Assembly: GCA_001244265.2 (NCBI GenBank)
Contig: LN717261.1
Span: forward strand, 1,999,591 to 2,063,590
Length of the DNA stretch: 64,000 bases
Source of the DNA: Microbotryum violaceum
Lineage: Eukaryota
Reading direction: 5' to 3'
Shown here: positions 1-10,900 of the stretch, in pieces
How positions within the stretch are numbered: position 1 is the stretch's first letter
How the letters are laid out: every line of letters starts with the position of its first letter
Program-made: the position numbers and the translations under genes
The notes under the pieces: model-generated
Seen by the model: only the letters and a program-made list of their open reading frames with translations
Told to the model about the DNA's origin: nothing
The model's database searches: none

Positions 1-70
1 AGTACATCACATTGCAGGTCAACGGTTACGGTGTGAGGTGGCGGCGCGCTCCACGCGCCGCCGAACCTAG
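1..70 (+). mobile_element. Helitron family B 3' terminus (element starts left of the window)
   Basis: GC hairpin GGCGGCGCG-CTCCA-CGCGCCGCC is followed by GAAC-CTAG (67-70). The same terminus recurs at 6717, 14194, 15959, 49878, 53243 and 61588. Confidence 0.85.
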
Positions 71-131
71 TCTTTACCCTAACTAGTTACCCTAACTAGT
101 AAAAAAAAAGTGAGTTAAGGAATGTACCTAA
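71..131 (+). mobile_element. Helitron family A 5' terminus (truncated) with 2 copies of TACCCTAACTAGT
   Basis: Starts with TC directly after the CTAG. It matches the reverse complement of ~5385-5433 and ~6485-6530, which lie upstream of family A RepHel-derived sequence. Confidence 0.7.
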
Positions 132-820
132 TCAGAAAAGCTTTGACCACTAAGCTATCCGGCCCCTGATATCAGTGCAAGGTCTACTAACACCTTCAAC
201 ACTTCCCCTTAGACCTTTGCACTGCTGCCAGGCTATTGCAATGTGTTGACTCTAAGTCCCAATTGGACTCTGTGTCAAGCTTTTGCAGCAGCTCCGGTAA
301 CTTTGTGCAGCGTCATTGGAAAGATTTACATGAAAGGTTCTATAATAGATCCTCGTAGAGGCCAGGGATTCTTGGGCTCAGTATTCATTAGAAAGTGACC
401 AATTGGGTATTGCTTAGACGTTGTTAGGCTCCGCGTGCAGAAGCGGCTTAGTTTCTCCCCATCCGCTTCTCAATGTGCTTTTGCTGATCAAGGAGTTGAT
501 TTCCTCAACGTCTCTAAGAACTCTATATTATGCACATCAGAGGCACATACCTTACAGCAAATACAGACACTAACGCGCTCCAAACGCAAACAGCGCGACT
601 GTTCACCGCGCCGCGCAGCTGGGCCCGGCTATGCCCTGCGGCCTTGTGCTTCAAAGTTCGACCGGAGGGCGGAAAATGTCCAAAAATGAGGTGAGCCTCG
701 ACCGCTTTTGAGCCAAAAATGTCCAAATTTGCGGGCTGCCTAGCCGATTTTCCGGTCCCCAAAATGTCCAAATCTGCGGGCCGCCTCTGGCTGGGCTTTC
801 GGGGGTCCTGCTATAGCATC

Positions 821-1266
821 TGTCATCGTGTACACTACATTGCAGGGGCGCTCTCAACTCCAGCATACGGAGATTGGGGGATGGGAACTCGGGCGCGCTC
901 GGACCTCTTTAGATTCTGACTTAGATTACCCGAGGCAGCGACTAGCGCGGCTCTCCCTCTCTTTTCCCTTAACGTTCCCTATCCTCTTCTACTCGGCATC
1001 TTCGTTTGCTCACTGCGCTGCTCCTCATAGGTTAGTGTAATACATTTCGAACGTTCCCTATCCTCTTCTACTCGGCATCTTCGTTTGCTCACTGCGCTGC
1101 TCCTCATAGGTTAGTGTAATACATTTCGAACGTTCCCTATCCTCTTCTACTCGGCATCTTCGTTTGCTCACTGCGCTGCTCCTCATAGGTTAGTGTAATA
1201 CATTTCGAACGTTCCCTATCCTCTTCTACTCGGCATCTTCGTTTGCTCACTGCGCTGCTCCTCATA
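821..1266. mobile_element. Solo LTR (same family as 30804-31025) with internal tandem expansion
   Basis: Termini are TGTCA...CATA, with 5-bp TSD GCATC at 816-820 and 1267-1271. It is colinear with 30804-31025. Confidence 0.85.
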
Positions 1267-1268
1267 GC
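971..1268. repeat. 79-bp tandem repeat, ~3.8 copies
   Basis: AACGTTCCCTATCC... starts at 971, 1050, 1129 and 1208. Confidence 0.95.
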
Positions 1269-3044
1269 ATCCACGGGAGAGAGAGGGTTCGTGCGCGCAA
1301 GCCTGAATCGGCGCGTCAAATCCTTGCAGCAAAAGCCGAAAAGACCATTAGATATTGAAGGGGCGCAGGTTCCGTTCCGCTTCACTTCGGTCCGAGATTG
1401 GAGCATAGCACGACAACATCATCCCATGCAGGCCTTGAACGATGCTTTCGATTGATCATTGCCACTCACCAACATGAACATGACGATCGCCGAGCTCCTC
1501 GCCTTCGATGTCGCTCCCGCCGACGCGTCTCTTCACATCGAGTTGTCCAAAGACGAGCACACCCAGTACTCGACCTTATCATCTACTCGAGGCCGTTGAG
1601 AAGGCAACTGAAACAGCTTCTCACGACCAATCGTGCGTCTACCAAGCTCAACTATCGAAATTTCGGTCTAAGCTCACGCGTGTTCGGTTCTACACAGCCC
1701 ACACACTTGAAACTTCAACTGCGCCTCAAGTTATCGATGCTCGTGATACCAATTTCTCGCTGAACTGGCCAACCTGATTGCCCATCAAGCTGCTCAAAAG
1801 TGTGGCCACCTCAAGCTGTTCTACTCGAGGGAGGCCGATGGAATCGAGCGACCCAACTCGGGGAGAGGCAGGCGTAGTAGGGGTTAGCAATACAGAGGAA
1901 GGACGCAGTGCAGCACATTCATGCGTCTAGAAAGGGTTGGTACAGTCCATGGGACCACATCGCTGCGAAGACATGGCGGGCACGACAAGGAGCTTTCGCT
2001 GGACTGGAGGTGACCAGATGGACCGAGCGCTCACAACACACGAGGATCCAGAAGAATGTCTATACTGAGGATGGCCGCATTCAAGCGAGTTGTCGCTGAA
2101 TTTAGGAGCGAAGGCAACTGGATCTAATGTTTGGAGAAACAAGCAAACGGAGCACTTGCACAACGCTATCCTCATTTTGGAGCGCTTGACGGCGGAGCTG
2201 TAACCACTACCACAACATCGAAGATCGGATCTCTGATCTGCTTTGGCCTCAAGTGTGGCATGCATTCACTCAGCTGCGATCAAACTGTTTATGGAGAAGA
2301 AGCGCTGTCTATCGGAATTGGTACGTTGTTTTGAGTGGCAGTTGAGGAAGTTCTCGTTTGACACAAGTCTTGTGTCCTACAGTGCGACACATCTACAGCA
2401 AAGTGACAACAAACCACTGCAACCAAGACACGCTTGCCTCGTTGGTTCTACTCTCAAATGTCGTCGTACAGGAGCTTCGCCTCATCAAGAAAACATGCTA
2501 TTCCACACACCTCATTGATGGCACTATGCCGTTCCGCATGATTGATGGTCGACAGGTCATCGAGTCATTAGGCCCGTCAACGACTACATATCGTTCAACC
2601 ACGGACTTTACCTCATCTTACCCGGACGAGCGCCTAATCAGCACGAGCGCACATGCCGAGCAAAGGTTTGCCGCCCTTCGGAGCGTGCAGTGCACGGCCT
2701 GCGAGATGCCGCCGGCAGAACATCTACAAGCCGCACAAATGCCATCGCGGAAACAAGGAGCTTAGCTTCAGCAAAAAGGAAGTCTGAAAACGAAGCAGCG
2801 AGCCAGCCAGCAAAGCAAGGAAGGCTTGTTTGAAGCGTGGAGCCACGCGCAACACCAGCCGAAGCGACGCGCGCCGCAAGCCACTTCGGATAGGCCGCCG
2901 CGCGCCCGCAAACGCTCGGAACGCGTTTTCGAGGACTTTTGAGCGATTTTTGGAGCATGTAGAACACATTTTGATAATATATCCGAGGCGCATGCGAAAT
3001 TTTGACATTTTGGGGCCAAAATAGGGTAAAAAACTTTGACAAAA

Positions 3045-5433
3045 CCAGTGGGAACCCGTTAAATTAACGGGAGGATGTAATTCAAAAAATAGCAGGATAA
3101 TCGAACAGTCTACATGATATCAGCGCAGAGGTTAAGAAAACACAACACGAAGTACAGCAAAGAAACAAAATCCATTCATCTTACATTCATCGCCGAAACA
3201 GCCTGCATGTCGCTTGTTGCCGGATTGGCTTCAAACACTTGTGCAATGAGATCCGGACGGTTGCATGCTTTGTCATTCGGCCCCAGTGCAGCCTTGATTT
3301 CCGGTGCTTCGGGGACGTACGACATTGTGATGAGCAGCGGAGGCTTTCCATGTTTGACAACGCACGCCATCGCATCCTGGTATCGCTGCGTGATGTCGCG
3401 CGGTCTATTCTTGAACGTCGAGCCCAAGGTCATCGAACGTCCAATTGGGTTCGGGGCCAAGCCGTTGATGCCTTGGGTCGTGGTGAGGTGTAGGTTCTCT
3501 TGATGCAACCGGATGTGTAGAGTCGATCGGTCTCGACTTGGAGTATATCCATAAATCACAGACCCCAGGAAGGGACGTTGGGTGCAATGCGGGATTGAGA
3601 AGTACTCGTCGCCTTTGGCAAGTAGTGCGCAAAGAATTGTGAACGCGAGACTCGCCACCTCGACCCCTTTACTGGACCTTTGTCCTAGGTGTTCAAAAGT
3701 TCAATGTCAGTCTGTGCTTGCGCCTTAAACAGAATGGAACATCAGAGAAAGAGCCGAAGACGCGTACGTTCGCCATCACCATCCTCTTCGTCCCCTTCCT
3801 CGCGGTCTTCATCCTCATCATCGCGGTCTTTGTCCTCCTCGTTCGTCATCCAGACCGAGACCGGAAGCACCTCGCGCAATTGGACACCATTGTCGATCTG
3901 CTCTCGGTTTCTGGCGATGGGCGGCCCGGCTTGGTGGAACCCGCAAAGAGGAGTGTTGAGGTGGGAGCTATTTTCCTCTGCGGCGAAGAGTGTTGGGTAC
4001 CGGAGAGGCATCGCAGACGGATGGAGCGAGCTGACGACTTGGTACTTGGGTCGACCATCGGGACATCGATGACTGCGCACCTGGACAATAAGTTCTTGCG
4101 GTCCACGATCTCCCGTGTTGGTGTCGGAATCGCAGATAAGCATCGTCATTTCCGTGCTCGGCGGAGGAAGGTTGTGGGTGCGTCGGTCTCGGCCTGGTGG
4201 TAGACAGAGGCGCAGGACCCACTCTTTGGCCGTATCCCCAGCCTGCGCAAGCTTTGGCCGATGCAAACTCCTTCACAAAGCGGTTTCCGGTACGCGGACT
4301 CGAGCTTGGTCAAAGTAGGCCTTTGTATGCGACTGCCTGCGCCGTTGAGTCCAAGTCGAGTGTCGGTGGCGGCTGGGTCGATCAGCTACGTTTGAGCAAA
4401 GGCTGGAGCGTTGATTGACGACAGGGATCTGGACGCCGAGTCGAGGAGTAAAGCCGATCAAGCACGCGAAACACGCGGGGTCCTAGAATGCCCAGTCGAG
4501 TCTGGTCAAAGTGAGCAGCGAGCAGAGTCAACGACAACGCGTTGTTGTACGACCGGGCGTTCTCGCGCAATGCTATAGCTTCTGTGTGCGTGGGAAGATT
4601 CTTGCACAGTTCAGCATGTGGGTCTACTGCAGACGACGGTTGTTGGACGGAGCAACTGACCGCTATCCGAGCCTTCACGTAGCTGTCGACACTCGGGATT
4701 GTGCCGGAGAGGGGGAGGTAGCTGCACCTTGCCCTGCGAAAACGTGGGGCTTGAGGGGTTCGAGCGCGATTCGAGGCCTGCGCGCTCGCCTTTGCGCGCC
4801 TTTGCGCAGGAGGATGTGGTGGTGGGGTGAGCTCAACGTGCTGCCCATTCTACAAAGCTGTACGGGGGGCGCTCAACACCAAGATCGGTTGAGTTGTTGT
4901 TAATCACGCGCGGGGAGCTGATTCTGTTGATCGGAGCGGGACGAAGAGGAGAATCGAGCAGCGGGGCGCGAGTGTAGCTCGCGCCCGAGACTTACTGACA
5001 CAGACTCACACCGCCAGCGCGCCGCATCACGTGACAGACGACACAGACGTCAGACGTCAGATCGTCAGACGCCAGCCCTCGCGTCGCGCGTCAGGCGGAG
5101 CTCTGCTGTAGAAGCAATATCATGCAAAGCCACGCGCTTGCGGTTCATTAAATGCAATATGAGTGGAAGCATTGGTTTATGTCAGCGAAGAAAAGAAAGG
5201 AAATACTGGGAGCGCTGTAGCTTCGTTGGAACGGCGCGGAAAATACAAAAGTCACCATAGGGCTTGTACATAACTTCTGATCGGAACCCCAACACCACAG
5301 GCAGGTGCGGCAGACACAACAGTATGCTGGTACATCCACCGCAGGCGGCCCGGAGGGCCGCAACCTAGTTAAAAACAGCGATTTTAGGTACATTCCTTAA
5401 CTCACACTTTTTTTTTACTAGTTAGGGTAAAGG
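3045..5433 (-). mobile_element. Internally deleted Helitron family A copy
   Basis: Carries Rep N-terminal fragments homologous to 8200-10080 (HQENLHLTT, RYQDAMACVVKHGKP, RPDLIAQVFEA). The 3' hairpin CCCGTTA..TAACGGG plus CTGG ends at 3045, and the 5' end (C)CTTTACCCTAACTAG is at 5433. Confidence 0.85.
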
Positions 5434-5849
5434 CCAACAAAGGGCGTTTTTCCGCATGCGCCTCTGGCTGGGCTTTCGGGGGTCCTGCTTTCGGGGGTCC
5501 TTGCGGGCAGCGGTCCAACGTCCGGGCGGCCGCAGGCGGGTCGAGCTCTGCCCGCACCTGACAGTTCCGCCACGATGCCCGGAATGACCCACTACGAGTC
5601 GGTTCAAGCTTGCCGACTGGTCAAGATTGGCAAAGAGTCGGTTGAACACGTGTGTCACACTCTTCAGACTCACCCGTGACTTGGGCATGTCGCCGCCGTC
5701 GGCCTATCGCCCTTGGGCTGTGCACGTGATGCTGGCTTCGCAGCCGTCGCGCCGGATGCTGACCCTTGTCGCGCCCCGATCTCGTTCATGCAGGTGTCCG
5801 CCACCGAGTTCCCTGGCCACTACCCTCACGAAGAACATAACCCCCCCCC

Positions 5850-6716
5850 CATGGTACGGCGCTACCCTCGCGCCCAAGACTTGGCGAGGTTGCGATGGCC
5901 CTCCCTGAGTCCCTGGCGACCTTGGGACCGGGACATAGCAGCGAGGGTTTGTTCTTGAATGAGTGTCACTAAGATTGGATGAGAGTGAGAGGGAGAAAGG
6001 AAAGGTTCGAGGGAGTGGCGCAGGATTATTTACGTGGTTTGATTTGTTGTTCAGCCCCTAATGCCGCTGGTCGAATGCCATACGGGCAAATTGGTTGTTC
6101 AGCCCCTAATGCCGCTGGTCGACTGCCGGAATGACACTGACACCGCCGGCGCACCGCATCACGTGACAAACGCCAGCCCTCGCCTCGCGTGTCAGGCAGA
6201 GCGCTGCTGTAGAAGCAATATCATGCAAAGCCACGCGCTTGCGGTTCATTAAATACCATATGAGTGGAAGCATTGTTTTATGTCAGCGAAAAAAAGAAGG
6301 AAAATACTGGGAGCGCTGTAGCTTCGTTGGAACGGCGCGGAAAGTACAAAAGTCACCACAGCGCTTGTACATGACTTTTGATCGGAACATGAACACCACA
6401 GGCAGGTGCGGCAGACACAACAGTATGCTGGTACATCCACCACAGGCGGTCCGGAGGGCCGCAACCTAGTTAAAAACAGCGATTTTAGGTACATTCCTTA
6501 ACCCACACTTTTTTTTTACTAGTTAGGGTAACTAGTTAGGGTAACTAGTTAGGGTAACTAGTTAGGGTAACTAGTTAGGGTAACTAGTTAGGGTAACTAG
6601 TTAGGGTAACTAGTTAGGGTAACTAGTTAGGGTAACTAGTTAGGGTAACTAGTTAGGGTAACTAGTTAGGGTAACTAGTTAGGGTAACTAGTTAGGGTAA
6701 CTAGTTAGGGTAACTA
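5850..6716 (-). mobile_element. Helitron family A 5' fragment ending in the expanded 13-mer array
   Basis: 5850-6160 is the reverse complement of ~7917-8170, and 6170-6530 is nearly identical to 5070-5429. Confidence 0.8.
6518..6712. repeat. Perfect tandem array (ACTAGTTAGGGTA)x15, containing TTAGGG
   Basis: 195 bp equals 15 x 13 bp, read directly from the sequence. Confidence 0.97.
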
Positions 6717-6770
6717 CTAGGTTCGGCGGCGCGCTCCGCGCGCCACCTCACATTGAGAATCAGCAGTTCC
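6717..6770 (-). mobile_element. Helitron family B 3' terminus
   Basis: The minus strand reads AACTGCTGATTCTCAATGTGAGGTGGCGCGCGGAGCGCGCCGCCGAACCTAG. Confidence 0.85.
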
Positions 6771-6794
6771 TTGTGCAATGAATTGTCTTTGTTG

Positions 6795-7860
6795 TCACGG
6801 TCTTATACGCACTAGTCCGAGTCGTGTACCACACGGCAGGCAGTAGCGCTCAGATCCTGATGTAGTCATCGCAATTACAGTCATAATTTGCCGATGATTA
6901 AGGATAGCTGCCGCAAAGATGAAACAGAAGGTCAGTGAGAAAACGAAATCCAGAGTCCGAAGCAGCAGATGACATACTTGTATCACATGAATGAAAAGTT
7001 CCACCGCGAGTGATTCCCAGGCGAATTGCACCACATCGACCGCTATCCGAGGTGGTTGTTGGCGGGCTTGCTGACCCGCACCGGGGGGAAGCGTTGCCCA
7101 TTCTGCGTCGACACCGACCACTAGTTTCCCTTCTGGGGGGATGTTGTCCGCCATGACTTTCATCAGACGAGTCAAAGCGTACGGTGATTGCACCAAGGTC
7201 GGCGTTATCCCCGGTGGCATCTTGAGAATGCCGTATTCGGAGCCAGAGTGCGACTGGACCCGTGGCGCGAGCGACGGTATCTTGCTCCTCAAGGAAAGGC
7301 CATCGGTGTCGGGTTGATCTGTGTAACAGATCGTGGGTGCCTCGTTACCATACAACTCTAGATGCTTGGTCATCGCTTCGAGCGAAGTCTCGAATGCCGA
7401 GTGGCCCTTTGTTGAGGTAAGCACGTGGGCGCGCACTTCGCCATATTCGTTCCCGACCATGAGCAGTGCGATGAAGGGGGGACCCCTTCAACCTTGGCAA
7501 TCTGCTTCGGGACCTGCAACGATCGGGCGCGGGGCATTAGCTGCTTGCGCTACTGGCCAAGGGCAAGCACGGTTGGTGTTGTAAAGCTAACGTTACCTTG
7601 TAACTGTGATCGATGGTCTTAATTTTGCAGGGCTTTAGCGATTCAGCATGACTGAAAAGCGTTTCTTGTCTGAAAGACCAGCAGAACATAATCAGTAAAC
7701 ACGACATCTACGTAACGTTACATCCAACCAAGCACTCACTTTCTCATCACGGAATCATAGAACTCCTGAAGAACCTGAGAATTCGGTACGTGGCCGCAAT
7801 TACCCGTCGGATCTTCCCAGTCTCCGAGAGCAGGGTACAAGCTAGTTGATAGCAAGTCAG
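6795..7860 (-). pseudogene. Fragment of a Mutator-like DDE transposase fused to a DEDD 3'-5' exonuclease start
   Basis: The spliced reading gives ...GHVPNSQVLQEFYDSV / KTIDHSYK|VPKQIAKVEG...LLMVGNEYGEVRAHVLTSTKGHS...CYTDQPD...PSL...LVVGVDAEW...VDVVQFAW. DxE is an ExoI motif. The family assignment comes from motif memory. Confidence 0.55.
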
Positions 7861-7916
7861 CTTCACGCGCCAAGATTGCCGATCGATAGTTCACCTCGAG
7901 TCGGTCATGAGCGGCG

Positions 7917-10900
7917 CGATGCGGTGCGCCGGCGGTGGAGTGTCATTCCGGCAGTCGACCAGCGGCATTAGGGGCTGAACAACAGATCAAACCACGTAAA
8001 TAATCCTGCGCCACTCCCTCGAACCTTTCCTTTCTCCCTCCCACTCTCATCCAATTTTAGTGACACTCATTCAAGCACAAACCTTCGCTACTATGCCCTG
8101 GTCCCAAGGTCGCCAGGGAGGGCCATCGCAACCTCGCCAAGTCTTGGGCGCGAGGATAGCGCCGTACCATGGGCCAGCTCGAGCGCCCGCTGCTGGGCGC
8201 CCCGCGGCTCGACCCTCTTCGTCCCGCACCGATCAACAGAATCAGCCCCCCGCGCGTCATGACAACAATGCAACCGATCTTGGCATTGCGACACGTATAC
8301 GAGCCCGCCGTGCAGCTGTGCAGAACGGACAGCGTCGTCAGCGCGATGGCCAACTCGACGCTGGGCTCGCCCCACCACCACCACCTCCGCAAAGGCGAGT
8401 GCGCCGGGCTCGAATCGCGCTCAAACCCCTCAAGCCCCACGTTTCGATCCGCGACGACCTCCGCAGACGGCCGTGTGCACCCACTGCAAGGCTCGGCACT
8501 GGGAGTGCGAAAGGTCGAAGTCGACCAGACACTTCAGCGCGTGCTGCTCGCAGGGCAAGGTGCGGCTACCTCCCCCTCCCCAGCCCAATCTCGAGTATCG
8601 GCAGCTTCTTCAAGGCTCGGATAGCGGTCAGTTGCTCCGTCCAACAACGTTCGTCTGCAGTAGACTCACATGCTGAACTGTTCTACCCACCCACACAGAA
8701 GCGGTTGCATTCCGCGAGAATGCCCGGTCGTACAACAACGCGTTGTCGTTCACTTCGCTCGCTGCCCTCTGGGACCAAACTCAAGTGGGCACGCTAGGAC
8801 CCCCGTGTTTCGCGTGTTTGGTCGCCTCTACCATCGACTCGGCGCCCTGATCCCTGCCGTGACTCAACGCCCAACCTTTGCTCAAACATGGCTCATCGAC
8901 CCGGCCGAGGCCACCGACACTCGACTTGGACCCGACGGCGCAGACAGTCGCATTCAAAGATCAACGCTGACCAAGCTCGAGTCCATGTTGCGCACCGGCA
9001 ATCGCTTTGTGAGGGAGTTCGCATCGGCCAAAGCCCGCGCGGGTTGGGATACGGCCAAAGAGTGGGTCCTGCGCCTCTGCCTACCACCAGGCCGAGACCG
9101 ACGCACCCACAACCTTCCTACGTCAAGCACGGAAATGGCGATGCTTCTCTGCGATTCCGACACCAACACGGGAGATCGTGGACCGCAAGACCTTATTCTC
9201 CAGGTGCACGGTGATCGATGTCCCGATGGTCGGCCCAAGTACCAAATCGTTAGCTCGCTCCATCCGTCTGCGATGCCTCTCCGGTACCCACTACTCTTCC
9301 CGCGGGGGAAGATGGCTTCCACCCCAACATTCCTCTTTGCGGTTTCAACCAAGCTGGGCCGCCCATCGCCAGAAACCGAGAGCAGATCGACAATGGTGTC
9401 CAATTGCGCGAGCTACTTGACGGCCTTGGTCCAGATGAAGAAGACGAAGAGGAGGACGATGAGGATGAAAGCGACGAGGAGGACGAAGAGAATGGTGATG
9501 GTGAACGTAAGCTAAGCGTCTTCGTCTCATTCTCATATACCTCTCTGTTGAGACGCACCCTCAGACTGACATAAATTGTTCGAAAATCTAGGACGAAGAT
9601 CAAACAAGAGGGGTCGAGGTGGATCAACCCGAGTTTCGCGTTCCCAATACTTTGCATATCACTTGCACGAACGCGACGACTACTTCTCCATTCCGCATGT
9701 CACCCAGCGTCTCTTCCTCGAGTTCGTGATTGACGGATACTCCCAAGTCGAGACCGATCGACTCAACTACATCCGGTTGCATCAAGAAAGTCTGCGCCTT
9801 ACCACGGCCCAAGGCATCACCGACGCTGTTGCCAACGGCCTGACCCCGGATCAAATTGGACGTTCGGTGATTTTGGGCTCGACGTTCAAGAATAGCCCGC
9901 GCGAGATCACGCAGCGCTACCAAGATGCGATGGCTTGCGTCGTCAAATATGGAAAGCCTTGGCTGTTCATCACGGTGACGTGCAACCCCGAATGGCCGGA
10001 AATCAAGGCTGCACTGGGGCCGAACGACAAAGCATGCAACCGTTCGGATCTCATTGCACGAGTGTTTGAAGCCAAGCTGAACCGACTCTGCGACGACGTT
10101 TTTGGCAACAAGCAACGTGCAGGCTGTTTTGGCGTGGTTCTGACGCATACACATGTGATTGAGTATCAGAAGCGGGGCCTGCCACATGCCCATATCCTCA
10201 TCACCCTCGCGCCGGACGATCATCCTTTGTCGACGGAAGCGATCGACAAGATGATCTCGGCCGAGATACCCGATCCTTCGCGCTATCCTGATCTCCACGA
10301 GACCGTCACAAAGCACATGCTGCATGGCAAGTGTGGCGGAAACTCGACTCAGCCCTGCATGGAGAAGGATAAGTACGGTAATCCGAGGTGCAAGCGCCAT
10401 TTTCCTCGCGAACAGAACCCCCACACCCGCATGCACCCTGAAGGCTACCCGTTGTATCGCCGACGCTTTCGCCACGCCGTTGTCAAGGGGGTGTTATCTA
10501 CAACGATGGTGACTGCGTGTCGTACTCGCCTTATCTCTGCGCCAAGTACAATGCGCATATCAATGTGGAGGCTGTGACAACGGTCGGCGCGATCAAGTAC
10601 CTCTTCAAGTATGTGTACAAAGGTCCGGATCGAGCTGTGGCGCGTGTTGAGCGTGCAGCGAACGGTGAAGGGGCTCGCGAGGACGAACCGGTTCGAGATG
10701 AGATCAACGAGTTCGTCGAAGGTCGCTACATCAGTGCTCCAGAAGCGGTCCACCGCCTATTCGGATTCTCGGTCGGTAGAGTGTGGCCACCCGTCAACCG
10801 ACTACCGGTCCATCTGGAGAATCAACAATCTGTGCAGATCAATCCCAATGAACCGCTGCCCCTCGACACTCCGCCCACTCGCTCCAAACTGACCGGCTTC

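Larger units (their letters stand above)
660..3040. mobile_element. Possible degenerate TIR DNA-transposon relic with subterminal AAAATGTC(C/A)AAA repeats
   Basis: AAAATGTCCAAA occurs three times at 672-773, with an inverted ~19-bp match at 2999-3017. No recognisable protein lies between them. Confidence 0.3.

Noticed and set aside
971-1268. CRISPR-like repeat-spacer array
   Set aside because: The spacers are identical, the unit derives from an LTR end, and the context is eukaryotic.
75-5430. One TIR transposon bounded by TA|CCCTAACTAG inverted repeats
   Set aside because: A third copy of the end exists at 6485-6716. Two copies are continuous with Helitron A sequence, and the left copy starts with TC right after a Helitron CTAG. 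Independent Helitron 5' ends fit better, although a TIR origin is not fully excluded.
6518-6712. True chromosome telomere or CRISPR array
   Set aside because: It is internal, the unit is 13 bp rather than pure TTAGGG, there are no spacers, and it is embedded in a thrice-repeated element end.
9624-10475. Long antisense ORFs over RepHel, gypsy, LINE and CACTA coding regions
   Set aside because: These are shadow frames of GC-rich coding sequence with no independent motifs.
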